DNA from: a virus | Lineage: Duplodnaviria; Caudoviricetes | DNA: 64,000 nt | IMG/VR virus record: IMGVR_UViG_2871841451_000001 | Location: 2,813 to 66,812 of that record | Strand: one strand, 5' to 3' | Shown: positions 36,971 to 46,296 of the stretch, piece by piece | Position numbering within the stretch: position 1 is the first letter of the stretch | How the letters are laid out: every line of letters starts with the position of its first letter | The notes under the pieces: model-generated | What the model saw: the letters and a program-made list of their open reading frames with translations, nothing else | Databases searched by the model: none | Told to the model about the DNA's origin: nothing | Program-made: the position numbers and the translations under genes

Positions 36971-37117
36971 AAGAAACCCTCTTGGTGGTGTGAGAACTTC
37001 CAAGATACCACCGCCGCCTGAGGTGGAAAAATAACAGGCAAATAATTCAAAAGCTGAGCTAATGCTCGGCTTTTCTCGTTTTACTACAGCACAGCCCGAT
37101 AACCGGGAGGTGGAGTC

Positions 37118-37414
37118 ATGAAGATGCACCCAGACAATCCAAACCTACCGTATTGGTGGTCAAGCCTTCTCGGCCTTTTTTCGCTGCTGTCGCTGCAGGA
37201 TTACGTCTTTATCGTAGGGGCGTTGATATCCGCCTTCTTTACGATCAAGACGTACTACGCCAAACGGAAGGAAGAGCGCGAACGCCTGGTAGAGGAGCGC
37301 CGGCGCACGAAAATCATGGAGGACTATCTGCACGGTGTATCAGCCAGGCCAGAAAGCGAGCGACCAGCGGCAGTTGAGGTTGTAGCCGAAGCGATGCGCA
37401 GAGCAGAGGGATGA
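37118..37414 (+). CDS. Holin
   Basis: Hydrophobic N-terminal segments and charged tail; directly before the endolysin. Confidence 0.8.
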   Translation: MKMHPDNPNLPYWWSSLLGLFSLLSLQDYVFIVGALISAFFTIKTYYAKRKEERERLVEERRRTKIMEDYLHGVSARPESERPAAVEVVAEAMRRAEG

Positions 37415-37415
37415 T

Positions 37416-37946
37416 ATGTCGATTAGCAAATCAAAACTCAGCGCCGTAATGCTGGCCCTGATCGCGGCCGGCTCATCGGCTCCTGTCATGATGTCGCAGT
37501 TTCAGGAAGAGAAAGAAGGTCAGCGCCTGACCGCATACCAGGACGGTGTTGGCATCTGGACAATTTGCGGCGGCGTGACAATGGTCAACGGCCAGAAGGT
37601 TGTGAAAGGTCAGCGCCTGACTGCTGAGCAGTGCAAGCAGATTGACACAGCAGAGCAGAAAAAGGCGCTCGATTGGGTAGACCGCAACGTCAAGGTAAAG
37701 CTGACTGAACCGCAAAAAGTCGGTATCGCGTCATTCTGTCCTTGGAACATCGGCCCCGGAAAGTGCTTCACCTCCACCTTTTACAAGAAGCTGAACGCCG
37801 GCGACCGCTTTGGCGCCTGCCGCGAAATCCGCCGTTGGATATACGACGCTGGCCGAGATTGCCGCATCCGTTCGAATAATTGCTACGGGCAGATCGTACG
37901 CCGCGATCAGGAAGCCGAACTGGCTTGCTGGGGGCTGGACAAATGA
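37416..37946 (+). CDS. Endolysin (GH24 lysozyme, SAR-type)
   Basis: E-X8-D-X5-T triad in EG..AYQDGVGIWTICGG; weakly hydrophobic N-terminus. Confidence 0.92.
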   Translation: MSISKSKLSAVMLALIAAGSSAPVMMSQFQEEKEGQRLTAYQDGVGIWTICGGVTMVNGQKVVKGQRLTAEQCKQIDTAEQKKALDWVDRNVKVKLTEPQKVGIASFCPWNIGPGKCFTSTFYKKLNAGDRFGACREIRRWIYDAGRDCRIRSNNCYGQIVRRDQEAELACWGLDK

Positions 37947-38317
37947 AGCCCTTACTCATTCTTGGCGCTGCCTCAATCGTCTTGGTTTCTGCGCTTTGCG
38001 CTGTAGTCAACTACTACCACGATAAATCGGAGAGGCTGGTAAGCGAGGTTAAGCAGCAGGAAAAGACGCTGGCGCAGCAGTCAGGACTGATCACCACACT
38101 GCGCGCGGATGACGCCCGTAATCGCGCAATGATGGCCGAACAGCAACGGAGAGAGCAGCAGCTGCGCCAGCAGGGCGAAACCTACCAGAGGAAATATCAG
38201 GATGCCATTAAAAATGACGAGTGCGCCCGCCGCACTGCTCCTGGTGCTGTTCTTGACCTCCTGCGCGGAACGGACACCACCACCGCCGCCGGCGCCGCTC
38301 GTGCTGTTTCCCCCTGA
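37943..38317 (+). CDS. Rz: i-spanin (Rz)
   Basis: N-terminal TM followed by coiled coil. Confidence 0.82.
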   Translation: MKPLLILGAASIVLVSALCAVVNYYHDKSERLVSEVKQQEKTLAQQSGLITTLRADDARNRAMMAEQQRREQQLRQQGETYQRKYQDAIKNDECARRTAPGAVLDLLRGTDTTTAAGAARAVSP

Positions 38318-38468
38318 ATCGGTGTTCACCCCCTGCGAGCAACCAAAACTGCAGGGTGATACGTGGGGGGATATCGGCAGCCTCGCGCTGGCGCTTCAAA
38401 CAGCCCTATCAATCTGCGCCGGCCAGGTGGCCACGCTGAACCAATGGCGAGCGTCGGTAGGGAGATAA
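38202..38468 (+). CDS. Rz1: o-spanin lipoprotein (Rz1)
   Basis: Lipobox LTSC, Pro-rich, overlaps Rz. Confidence 0.82.
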   Translation: MPLKMTSAPAALLLVLFLTSCAERTPPPPPAPLVLFPPESVFTPCEQPKLQGDTWGDIGSLALALQTALSICAGQVATLNQWRASVGR

Positions 38469-38624
38469 TTATGGGACGGAAAGCGCCAACACCACCGCCT
38501 TACAAACCGGGGGATAAGGTAAAGCGTCCAGCCCCACCACCGACGCCTCCTAAAAAACCATGAAGGATCAGCCCATTTTGCTATGATAGGTTGGTTTTCT
38601 TATATGATCCTGAACGGAGTTTCC

Positions 38625-38846
38625 ATGAGAAAGGTTATCGTTTTCTTCAATGGTGATGCACCATATTTAATTCAGATTGGAGTGCATTTGCCTTCACTAA
38701 GACTTGAATATCCCGATGGCCAACGTACAGATTTACCGATTCGCAAGGCTCTAATTAACGGAGAGCGTGGCGAGTACGCTTATGCTTCAGATCGCGAAGT
38801 AGAATTTGACGAAATTAGAGACGCATTTGAAAAGCTGGACAAATAG
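38625..38846 (+). CDS. Hypothetical moron
   Basis: GGAG RBS, lower GC. Confidence 0.55.
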   Translation: MRKVIVFFNGDAPYLIQIGVHLPSLRLEYPDGQRTDLPIRKALINGERGEYAYASDREVEFDEIRDAFEKLDK

Positions 38847-38920
38847 CATACAGGTGGCATTCACTGAGTGCCATCGATAATGTTCAAGCTCGATTTAACA
38901 ATGACTGCTGAGGCGATGCC

Positions 38921-39118
38921 ATGTTCAAACATGAAATAGGGCAACGGGTTGTAACCACTACAGGCGAAGAGTGCGCCATCCTGGGGCGGGCTGAATATGT
39001 GAACGATCCGAACATGTATTTGTTGAGCTGGCCATCAGACGACGGCTCGGAGGCTGAGATTTGGTTCAAAGAAGATGAGTTGACGGCTGTTGCCTCGATG
39101 CCCGAGCCATCCGCGTAG
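38921..39118 (+). CDS. Small hypothetical protein
   Basis: GAGG RBS; FKHEIGQRV...GRAEY. Confidence 0.6.
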   Translation: MFKHEIGQRVVTTTGEECAILGRAEYVNDPNMYLLSWPSDDGSEAEIWFKEDELTAVASMPEPSA

Positions 39119-39174
39119 CCAATCCTGCCGGGTTGCTCACTTCGGAAGGGAACTCCCCAGATCATTCTTGCAAA

Positions 39175-39297
39175 TGATAATTATTATCAAAAGGTACTCC
39201 CGAGGGGGTACCCCAGCCACGGGGCGGCGACCTCGCGGAAAACGGCTAGTTTTTGAATTTTCATGCTGTCAGCAGCAGGTGTAATAACTATTTGATA
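39175..39297 (+). other. Lambda-like cos site relic (Fur box, cosQ-like, cosN, IHF site)
   Basis: GGGCGGCGACCT at 39222-33; AGGTACT 23 nt upstream; TGATAATtATTATCA at 39175-89; WATCAAnnnnTTR match at 39285-97 on the minus strand. Confidence 0.8.
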
Positions 39298-39370
39298 TAT
39301 AGAGATAAAAACGTAATTGCTTACATGCAGCTGGATGCTGGCGTATCATCCTCTGAACCAGGAGGATTTT

Positions 39371-39625
39371 ATGTCATACAATCTCGGCAACTTGCCAAAA
39401 GAAGAAATGGACAAGGTGAACGTAGACCTTGCGGCGTCAGGCGTGGCGTACAAAGAGCGCATGAACATGCCGATCGTTCCGGCTCAGGTGGAGGCGGAAC
39501 AGCCTGAACACCTACGCGAGCTATTCCGCGAGCGCCTACAGTTCTACCGCAGCCAGAGCCACAAATTCCCAGGGCCGAACGACCCGCGATACCAGCAGAT
39601 GGCTGAGGCCAACGGCAAGAAATGA
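39371..39625 (+). CDS. holE: DNA polymerase III theta subunit homologue (Hot)
   Basis: [23 protein letters not shown]...[14 protein letters not shown]. Confidence 0.92.
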   Translation: MSYNLGNLPKEEMDKVNVDLAASGVAYKERMNMPIVPAQVEAEQPEHLRELFRERLQFYRSQSHKFPGPNDPRYQQMAEANGKK

Positions 39626-39664
39626 CTGAACCCGCTCCGGCGGGTTTTTTATTGGGAGATAATC

Positions 39665-40315
39665 ATGGCTAAAACAGCACAGGATGAGAACCATGATAGG
39701 CGGCCATACCCACCGCTACGGTTTATCGAAGACCATCAGCTAACGCCGTATATCGGCCTGGTTCCTGCGAACGAGGTGCAGGAGTGGATGCAGCGTCAAA
39801 TCATCGATGATGCCGGCAGCCTGTTTAATCCAGATCATGGACACCTTGCAGACGCCGATCTGCGCTTTATGTGGGCATCGTCCGCGTTTGAGAAGAAAGG
39901 GCGCCATGTGCTAGGCCAAGCTGAAGAGGTAGCGATGCGCGCTGGCGGATGGCAGAAGGCCAGGATGGAACAGCAGATGCATGAATGGTTCGGTGAGGTG
40001 CCGAAATTCATCATCACGCTCGCTGCCGACTACTGCTCGCAGTGTTCAGACGCCGAGTTCTGCGCTCTGGTCGAGCATGAGCTTTACCACATCGCACAGG
40101 CGACAGACGATTTCGGCGCACCAAAATTCAACAAGGAAGGCCAGCCGGTGCTGAAGCTGCGCGGCCACGACGTTGAAGAGTTTGTTGGCGTGGTTCGCCG
40201 GTATGGCGCCAGCGTTGAAGTTCAGGAACTGGTTGATGCGGCCAACAGGCCTGCGGAGGTGGCACAACTAAACATTGCCAGGGCATGCGGTAACTGCATG
40301 TTGAGGCTGGCGTAA
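39665..40315 (+). CDS. Putative phage metallopeptidase
   Basis: HELYH (HExxH) and HDVEEF. Confidence 0.8.
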   Translation: MAKTAQDENHDRRPYPPLRFIEDHQLTPYIGLVPANEVQEWMQRQIIDDAGSLFNPDHGHLADADLRFMWASSAFEKKGRHVLGQAEEVAMRAGGWQKARMEQQMHEWFGEVPKFIITLAADYCSQCSDAEFCALVEHELYHIAQATDDFGAPKFNKEGQPVLKLRGHDVEEFVGVVRRYGASVEVQELVDAANRPAEVAQLNIARACGNCMLRLA

Positions 40316-40346
40316 ATATTGGACTGTATTGGACGGATGGTGATTT

Positions 40347-40826
40347 ATGGCTGCATTAAAACCAGATGTAAAAGCCTTCATCATTCAGTCGCTTGCGTGC
40401 TTTGACACCCCTACGTTGGTGGTGGAGTCCGTCCAAAAAGAGTTTGGGCTAAAAATCACGCGTCAGCAGGTTGAATCTCACGACCCGACAAAGGTTAGCG
40501 GCAAGTCGCTGGCGAAGAAGTGGGTAGACCTATTCCACACGACGCGAGAACGATTCAAGACGGAAATCTCAGATATACCGATCGCCAACAAGGCCTACCG
40601 GCTGCGCGTTCTTGATCGCATGGCGACGCGAACCGAAACCATGAAGAACTACGCATTGGCCGCTCAGATCGTCGAGCAGGCCGCGAAAGAGTGCGGCGAT
40701 GCGTATACGAATCGACAGAAGGTAGAGCACACAGGTAAAGACGGCGGCCCCATCGAGTCGGCCACGTTGACGAAAGACGAATACAAGCAGGCTCGGCGGG
40801 AGATGTTGGAGGATGACGACTGTTGA
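40347..40826 (+). CDS. Terminase small subunit (DUF2280-like)
   Basis: FIIQSLACFDTP...DPTK...IPIANKAYRL; overlaps terL. Confidence 0.8.
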   Translation: MAALKPDVKAFIIQSLACFDTPTLVVESVQKEFGLKITRQQVESHDPTKVSGKSLAKKWVDLFHTTRERFKTEISDIPIANKAYRLRVLDRMATRTETMKNYALAAQIVEQAAKECGDAYTNRQKVEHTGKDGGPIESATLTKDEYKQARREMLEDDDC

Positions 40827-42291
40827 GCAGCGGAATTATGCCCGCAAGATAGAGTGTGAAGAGGATGGGATGTATTTCTCCCGCTACTTCTTCAAGCAGA
40901 GAACCGGCGGCAAGATGATCGTCGCACCACATCACAAGGTAATCCAGGAGACACTGGATCGTGTGATCGATGGCGAGATTCAGCGTCTGATTATTAACGT
41001 CCCTCCCGGCTATACAAAAACAGAACTGGCGACCATCAATATGATGGGGAGAGGACTGGCGCTAAATAGGCGTGCCAGGTTCATGCATCTGTCGTATTCG
41101 CACAACCTTGCTCTTCTTAACTCATCTACAGCGCGAGGAATAATAAAGTCTCGTACGTATCAATCCATGTGGCCTATGGAGCTTCGCGATGATGCTGATA
41201 GCAAGGCGATGTGGTGGAATGAGTTTGGCGGCGGCGTGTATGCGTCATCAGCAGCAGGCCAGGTAACCGGATTTCGAGCCGGGCACATGGAGCCAGGCTG
41301 GCAAGGCGCTCTGGTTATAGATGACCCAGTAAAACCTGACGACGCTTACTCTGAGATCGTCCGCGATGGCGTAAATAACCGCTTTAACGAGACAATCAAA
41401 TCACGACTGGCGATCGAGACGACGCCGATGATTGTTATTATGCAGCGCATCCACTACCACGATCTTAGCGGTTATCTTCTGCGCGGAGGCAGTGGTGAGA
41501 AATGGCATCATCTGAACTTGCCGGTGATTATCGACAACAGTCAGTCATACGCTGCGCAGTATCCAGAAAACACCCACGCTATACCGATTGACCACGGATT
41601 GCCTGATGGTTGGCTGTGGCCATTCAAACACAACGAATCGCATCGAACTTCTCTGTTTTCTCATCGCCGCACTGCGGAAGCTCAGTACATGCAGAAACCT
41701 CGCCGCTTCAATGCTGAGGGGGCGCTGTGGAACGAGCAGATGATAAGCGCTGCTCATGAACTACAAATCAAGCATGACAAGGTTCGCACAGTCGTGGCGA
41801 TTGACCCACAGGCAACCAACAGCGATGAGAGTGATGAAACAGGGATAGTTGCTGCAAGTTCCTATGGCGCTGGAGACAAAAAGCAATTCTCGGTTGATGG
41901 GGATTACAGCGGTAAATATTCCCCAGCAGGATGGGCTAAAAAATCGATATGGGCGTATAAACATCATCAGGCAGATGCGATCGTCATAGAGACAAACCAG
42001 GGTGGTGATATGGCGGAGGAGACACTACGCAATGCAGGCTTTAAAGGGCGGATTATTCGAGTTCACGCCAGTAAGGGGAAATATGCCCGAGCGGAACCAA
42101 TATCAGCCCTGTACGAGCAAGGCAGGGTGTTGAATCAGGGAAATCTCTACGTGCTGGAAAATCAGCTGATGGAGTACATACCGACCACTGCCAAAAAGTC
42201 ACCAGACCGCCTTGATGCCATGGTTTATGCGCTGACTGAACTTAACGGCTCTCAACCGAGAGGGATGATGCTCCCTAAGCGGCTACAGTAA
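40813..42291 (+). CDS. Terminase large subunit (probably headful type)
   Basis: NVPPGYTKT Walker A, VIDDP Walker B, VAIDP and SPDRLDA nuclease motifs. Confidence 0.9.
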   Translation: MTTVEQRNYARKIECEEDGMYFSRYFFKQRTGGKMIVAPHHKVIQETLDRVIDGEIQRLIINVPPGYTKTELATINMMGRGLALNRRARFMHLSYSHNLALLNSSTARGIIKSRTYQSMWPMELRDDADSKAMWWNEFGGGVYASSAAGQVTGFRAGHMEPGWQGALVIDDPVKPDDAYSEIVRDGVNNRFNETIKSRLAIETTPMIVIMQRIHYHDLSGYLLRGGSGEKWHHLNLPVIIDNSQSYAAQYPENTHAIPIDHGLPDGWLWPFKHNESHRTSLFSHRRTAEAQYMQKPRRFNAEGALWNEQMISAAHELQIKHDKVRTVVAIDPQATNSDESDETGIVAASSYGAGDKKQFSVDGDYSGKYSPAGWAKKSIWAYKHHQADAIVIETNQGGDMAEETLRNAGFKGRIIRVHASKGKYARAEPISALYEQGRVLNQGNLYVLENQLMEYIPTTAKKSPDRLDAMVYALTELNGSQPRGMMLPKRLQ

Positions 42292-42312
42292 ACCACTCCA
42301 AACGGATACCAC

Positions 42313-43641
42313 ATGAACAAAAATCTCCAACTGGCCGTCAACCACGCGTTGAACGACGCCAGGATTGAGCGTGCTCGTATGGCGATGCTTGGGCCATCTA
42401 TGGGCCTGGATAATAAACGCGGCTCCGCATGGTGCGAATACGGCTTTCCTGAGCAGATCACTTACGACAACCTTTATTCACTGTATCGCCGTGGTGGTAT
42501 TGCGCATGGCGCCGTGGAAAAGCTGGTGGGTAAATGCTGGCAGACCAACCCGGAGATCATCGAGGGTGATAAGTCCGACGAGAAGCGCGCGGAAACTTCC
42601 TGGGAGAAAAAACTCAAACCGGTATTCACGAACCGGTTATGGCGCGCTTTTGCAGAGGCTGACCGCCGGCGGCTTGTCGGGCGTTACTCTGGCATTTTGC
42701 TGCACGTCCGCGACAACAAACCATGGAATACCGAAGTAACCAGAGGCCGAGGGCTCGAAAAAGTCACGGTAGCCTGGGCTGGTTCACTAAACGTGAGCGA
42801 GTGGGATACCGGGCTTAACTCGCAAACATACGGCCAGCCGAAGATGTGGCAATACACGGAGCGGCTTTCAAATGGCACCACGCGCCGTGTCGAAATCCAT
42901 CCAGACCGGATCTTCATCCTTGGCGACTACACCGACGACGCTATCGGGTTTCTTGAGCCAGCATACAACGCATTCGTCAGCCTGGAGAAGGTGGAGGGCG
43001 GTTCCGGTGAGTCATTCCTGAAGAACGCAGCTAGGCAGCTGGCGCTAAGCTTCGACAAAGAGATCGACTTCGGCAGTCTGGCGTCTATGTATGGTGTCAG
43101 CGTTGACGAATTGCAGGACAAGTTCAACGAAGCCGCGCGAGAGATGAACCGCGGCAACGATGTGCTTATGAGCCTGCAGGGCGCCGCTGTTACCTCCCTA
43201 GTTTCCCCTGTGTCTGACCCAAGCCCAACCTATGCCGTGAACCTGCAGACGGCTTCTGCCGGCGTTGATATTCCTTCGCGGATACTGGTAGGCAACCAAC
43301 AGGCTGAACGCTCAAGCACCGAAGACCAAAAGTACATGAACGGGCGCTGCCAGAGTCGCCGCGGTGATCTGTCGTTCGAAATAGAGGACTTCTGTGACAA
43401 GCTGATCGACCTGAAAATTATCGATTCTGTCGGCCAGAAAACAGTCATCTGGGATGATCTCAATCAACAGACTCGCGCTGAGCGCCTGGCGGACTCCAAG
43501 GCCATGGCAGAGGTGAACAAGGCCATGGTTGAAAGCGGTGATACGGCGCCGTTCAGCGGTGAGGAAATTCGCACTGCTGCAGGATTCGAAACTGAAGGCG
43601 GCGAGCCTCTTGGAGAGACAGGGGATGACGACGAAACCTAA
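42313..43641 (+). CDS. Portal protein (DUF1073-like)
   Basis: Position after terL; 442 aa; IPSRILVG motif. Confidence 0.85.
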   Translation: MNKNLQLAVNHALNDARIERARMAMLGPSMGLDNKRGSAWCEYGFPEQITYDNLYSLYRRGGIAHGAVEKLVGKCWQTNPEIIEGDKSDEKRAETSWEKKLKPVFTNRLWRAFAEADRRRLVGRYSGILLHVRDNKPWNTEVTRGRGLEKVTVAWAGSLNVSEWDTGLNSQTYGQPKMWQYTERLSNGTTRRVEIHPDRIFILGDYTDDAIGFLEPAYNAFVSLEKVEGGSGESFLKNAARQLALSFDKEIDFGSLASMYGVSVDELQDKFNEAAREMNRGNDVLMSLQGAAVTSLVSPVSDPSPTYAVNLQTASAGVDIPSRILVGNQQAERSSTEDQKYMNGRCQSRRGDLSFEIEDFCDKLIDLKIIDSVGQKTVIWDDLNQQTRAERLADSKAMAEVNKAMVESGDTAPFSGEEIRTAAGFETEGGEPLGETGDDDET

Positions 43642-44551
43642 GCCTCCAATCCTGCCAAGCAACATCAAAGATCCCACAGGAGTTGATAAGTTAGAGCGTG
43701 GCGCCATGCGTGAGTTTGCAAAGCGCATGAAGCTGATAACGAAAGGCTATATTGACATCCTCAACCGCATCCCCTCCGAACCCGTCGTAAACGAGCGCTA
43801 CACCTTCCGTCTTGATCAGGGTCTTCTGTCGATGCTGCTGCAGAACGGAGAAGCGCTGGTGGACGAAATTCTTCTGGAGGGTGGGGAATTCAACCTGTGG
43901 TTCTTTGGCCGCTATGTGTCCGTGGCTTACCAGCGAGGAACGGCGCAGGAGTATTACAACCTCTCTCAGCAATCCTCCGCTTATGCCGCCGGCCAGCAGG
44001 ATGTTCCAAACATCTTGTTGAGTGAGCCATATCAGCTGCGGCTGATTCTGGTCAGAGCGCGTGAATTCGAAGAGATGAAAGGGCTCAGCGCTCAGGTTAA
44101 GAGCGATATGGCGCGAATTCTGACTGATGGCATTGCCAGAGGGCTAAACCCGCGGGACGTAGCCAAAAACCTCAACGAGCAAACCGGCATTGAAACCCGA
44201 CGCGCGAATCGCATTGCCAGAACTGAGATCACTACCGCACTGCGGCGCGCGCGGTGGGATGAAGCTCAGGATGCGCAAGACCGCTACGGCATCAAAACAA
44301 AGCTGCTTCACATCTCTGCGTTAAGCCCTACCACCCGAGCAACGCACGCCGCCAGGCACGCTCATCTGTACACGCAGGATGAAGTTAGGGAGTGGTACAC
44401 GAATAACGGAAACGCCATCAACTGCAAATGCTCGCAGCTTTCCGTGCTGGTGGATGACAAAGGAAACCCTCTCACTCCTTCGGTCATCGACAAGGCCAAG
44501 CAGACGTTCAACGACATGAAGGAGAGAGGCTACAAATGGGCAGAGGGTTAA
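43625..44551 (+). CDS. Minor head morphogenesis protein (SPP1 gp7/MuF-like)
   Basis: RANRIARTE...TRATHAARH...INCKCS. Confidence 0.85.
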   Translation: MTTKPKPPILPSNIKDPTGVDKLERGAMREFAKRMKLITKGYIDILNRIPSEPVVNERYTFRLDQGLLSMLLQNGEALVDEILLEGGEFNLWFFGRYVSVAYQRGTAQEYYNLSQQSSAYAAGQQDVPNILLSEPYQLRLILVRAREFEEMKGLSAQVKSDMARILTDGIARGLNPRDVAKNLNEQTGIETRRANRIARTEITTALRRARWDEAQDAQDRYGIKTKLLHISALSPTTRATHAARHAHLYTQDEVREWYTNNGNAINCKCSQLSVLVDDKGNPLTPSVIDKAKQTFNDMKERGYKWAEG

Positions 44552-44554
44552 TCC

Positions 44555-45820
44555 ATGAAAGTTCAAGTTAACGTCACTACGAAGGTCAACAGCCAGGCAA
44601 TTCGCCGGGAGTCATACAACGGCCGCGAGCATCTTGTTTTGCCGAGCTACACACTGCCAGCAAACGTGGTCATGAATGATGGGCTGTATACGGCCAGCGA
44701 AATAGATGCTCACTATCAAGGGCTTGAAGGCACGTTGGCGCCGCTGGGGCATCCTCAGCTAAATGGCGCATTCATCTCTGCCTTTTCTCCTGAAGGTATC
44801 AACCAGGGCCATATCGGCGCCTGGAATCGCAATGTGAAGAAATCGGGCAACCGGATCTACCTGGAGAAGTGGGTTGATACCCAGATTGCTAACCAGAGCG
44901 AGGGAGGTAGGGAGCTTATCTCCCGCGTAGAGGCCATTGAGCGCGGCGAAGATGTTCCACCTATTCACACCAGCGTTGCGGTGTTTCTCGACCAGCTTGA
45001 GCCCAATGAGCAACAGAAGGCAACAGGCGCCAAGTGGGTGGCGAAGATTCACGGCATGGATCATGACGCAATCTTGCTGCATGAAGTGGGCGCAGCGACA
45101 CCTGAGCAGGGCGTTGGTCTGATGGTTAACGCTGACCTTGCCACGCCGTTAAAAGCTAACTCTGGCGCGCTGATTGGCGAATCCTACCGGGATCGTGAGC
45201 AACGTCTCGACCGCGCAGCAAAAGATAAATTTGCACCCGGCGAAAATGAATACGCCTGGGTGGCAGACTTCACCGACTCACAGGTAGTGATCATCCGCAA
45301 CGGCGGCGCTGCCCAGGTTTATGGCTACACATCGGAGGGCGGAAAAATCACCTTTGATGAAACCGGCACACCGGTTGCGCGTCAGGAATCCTGGGTAACG
45401 GTCGTCGCCAACAAAGTTAAATCCCTTTTCAATCCGCAGGGACAACCTGCAACCAACCACCAAACGGAGGGCGACATGCCTTTAACCACTGAAGAGAAAC
45501 AAGAGCTGATCACCGAAATCGGCAAAGGCCTGGCCGCCAACTTCGCCGAGGCGCTCAAGCCTATTACCGAGAAAGTTGAAGCGCTGCAGGCCAACCATAC
45601 CCAACTGGCCGAAACCCTTACTGCCAACTCCCGCGCAGAAGAGAAAACCAAGCGTGAAGCAGTGGCGAAAGTTCACGGCGAAATCGTGGCAAACGCGCTG
45701 CAAGGCGAAGCGCTGGAAGCGATGTTTAAAACGCTAGGCGAATCGGCGCCGCTGGCAGGTAACTCAGGCCAGCATCAGCAAGAATCCGGCGCACCCGCCG
45801 CAGATTCATACTTCAAATAA
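44555..45820 (+). CDS. Prohead protease/scaffold
   Basis: LGHP and DHDAILLHEVGA; coiled C-terminus. Confidence 0.75.
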   Translation: MKVQVNVTTKVNSQAIRRESYNGREHLVLPSYTLPANVVMNDGLYTASEIDAHYQGLEGTLAPLGHPQLNGAFISAFSPEGINQGHIGAWNRNVKKSGNRIYLEKWVDTQIANQSEGGRELISRVEAIERGEDVPPIHTSVAVFLDQLEPNEQQKATGAKWVAKIHGMDHDAILLHEVGAATPEQGVGLMVNADLATPLKANSGALIGESYRDREQRLDRAAKDKFAPGENEYAWVADFTDSQVVIIRNGGAAQVYGYTSEGGKITFDETGTPVARQESWVTVVANKVKSLFNPQGQPATNHQTEGDMPLTTEEKQELITEIGKGLAANFAEALKPITEKVEALQANHTQLAETLTANSRAEEKTKREAVAKVHGEIVANALQGEALEAMFKTLGESAPLAGNSGQHQQESGAPAADSYFK

Positions 45821-45832
45821 GGGGGCTATCCA

Positions 45833-46279
45833 ATGTCACGTTATCGTCGCGTAAACATCGACGGAAAGTCGCTGTATAAGACCGAAACCCGCACCACTGC
45901 CGCGGCACTTCTGCCAGGCACTGCTGCAGTCATCAACGCCAGCGATGAATTCGCTCAGGCTACCGCGCTAAATGGCCGGATCTACATCATCGACGTTGCC
46001 TACCACCAAGGGCTGAAAATAACCGAGGCGGTTCCTGCTGGCGACTCCGCTGTAGGCAACTACGTGGAAGAAGGCCGTGAACTGGCGCTGCTATGCGTAC
46101 CTGGCGCGTACAAGAAAGATAGCCCGATCAAGCTTGGCGCTAACGGCCAATTCACCCTGGCAACTGCTGACACTGATTCAGTGATCGGTTACAGCCAGGA
46201 CGAAGCCACCATCGCTGCTGGCGCTACCGATTTCATCCGCGTGCGTATGCGCGTTGGCACTGTCGCCGCTGGCGCTTAA
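45833..46279 (+). CDS. Head decoration protein
   Basis: Position before the capsid gene; beta-rich, 148 aa. Confidence 0.7.
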   Translation: MSRYRRVNIDGKSLYKTETRTTAAALLPGTAAVINASDEFAQATALNGRIYIIDVAYHQGLKITEAVPAGDSAVGNYVEEGRELALLCVPGAYKKDSPIKLGANGQFTLATADTDSVIGYSQDEATIAAGATDFIRVRMRVGTVAAGA

Positions 46280-46296
46280 AAGAAGGATAAACGCAC

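Noticed and set aside
38471-38563. 30-aa Pro/Lys-rich ORF after Rz1
   Set aside because: Has an RBS but is too short and low-complexity to support a functional call.
42313-43641. Possible anti-CBASS Acb1 label sometimes attached to DUF1073 portal proteins
   Set aside because: No pair of HxT phosphoesterase motifs seen; size and position fit a plain portal.
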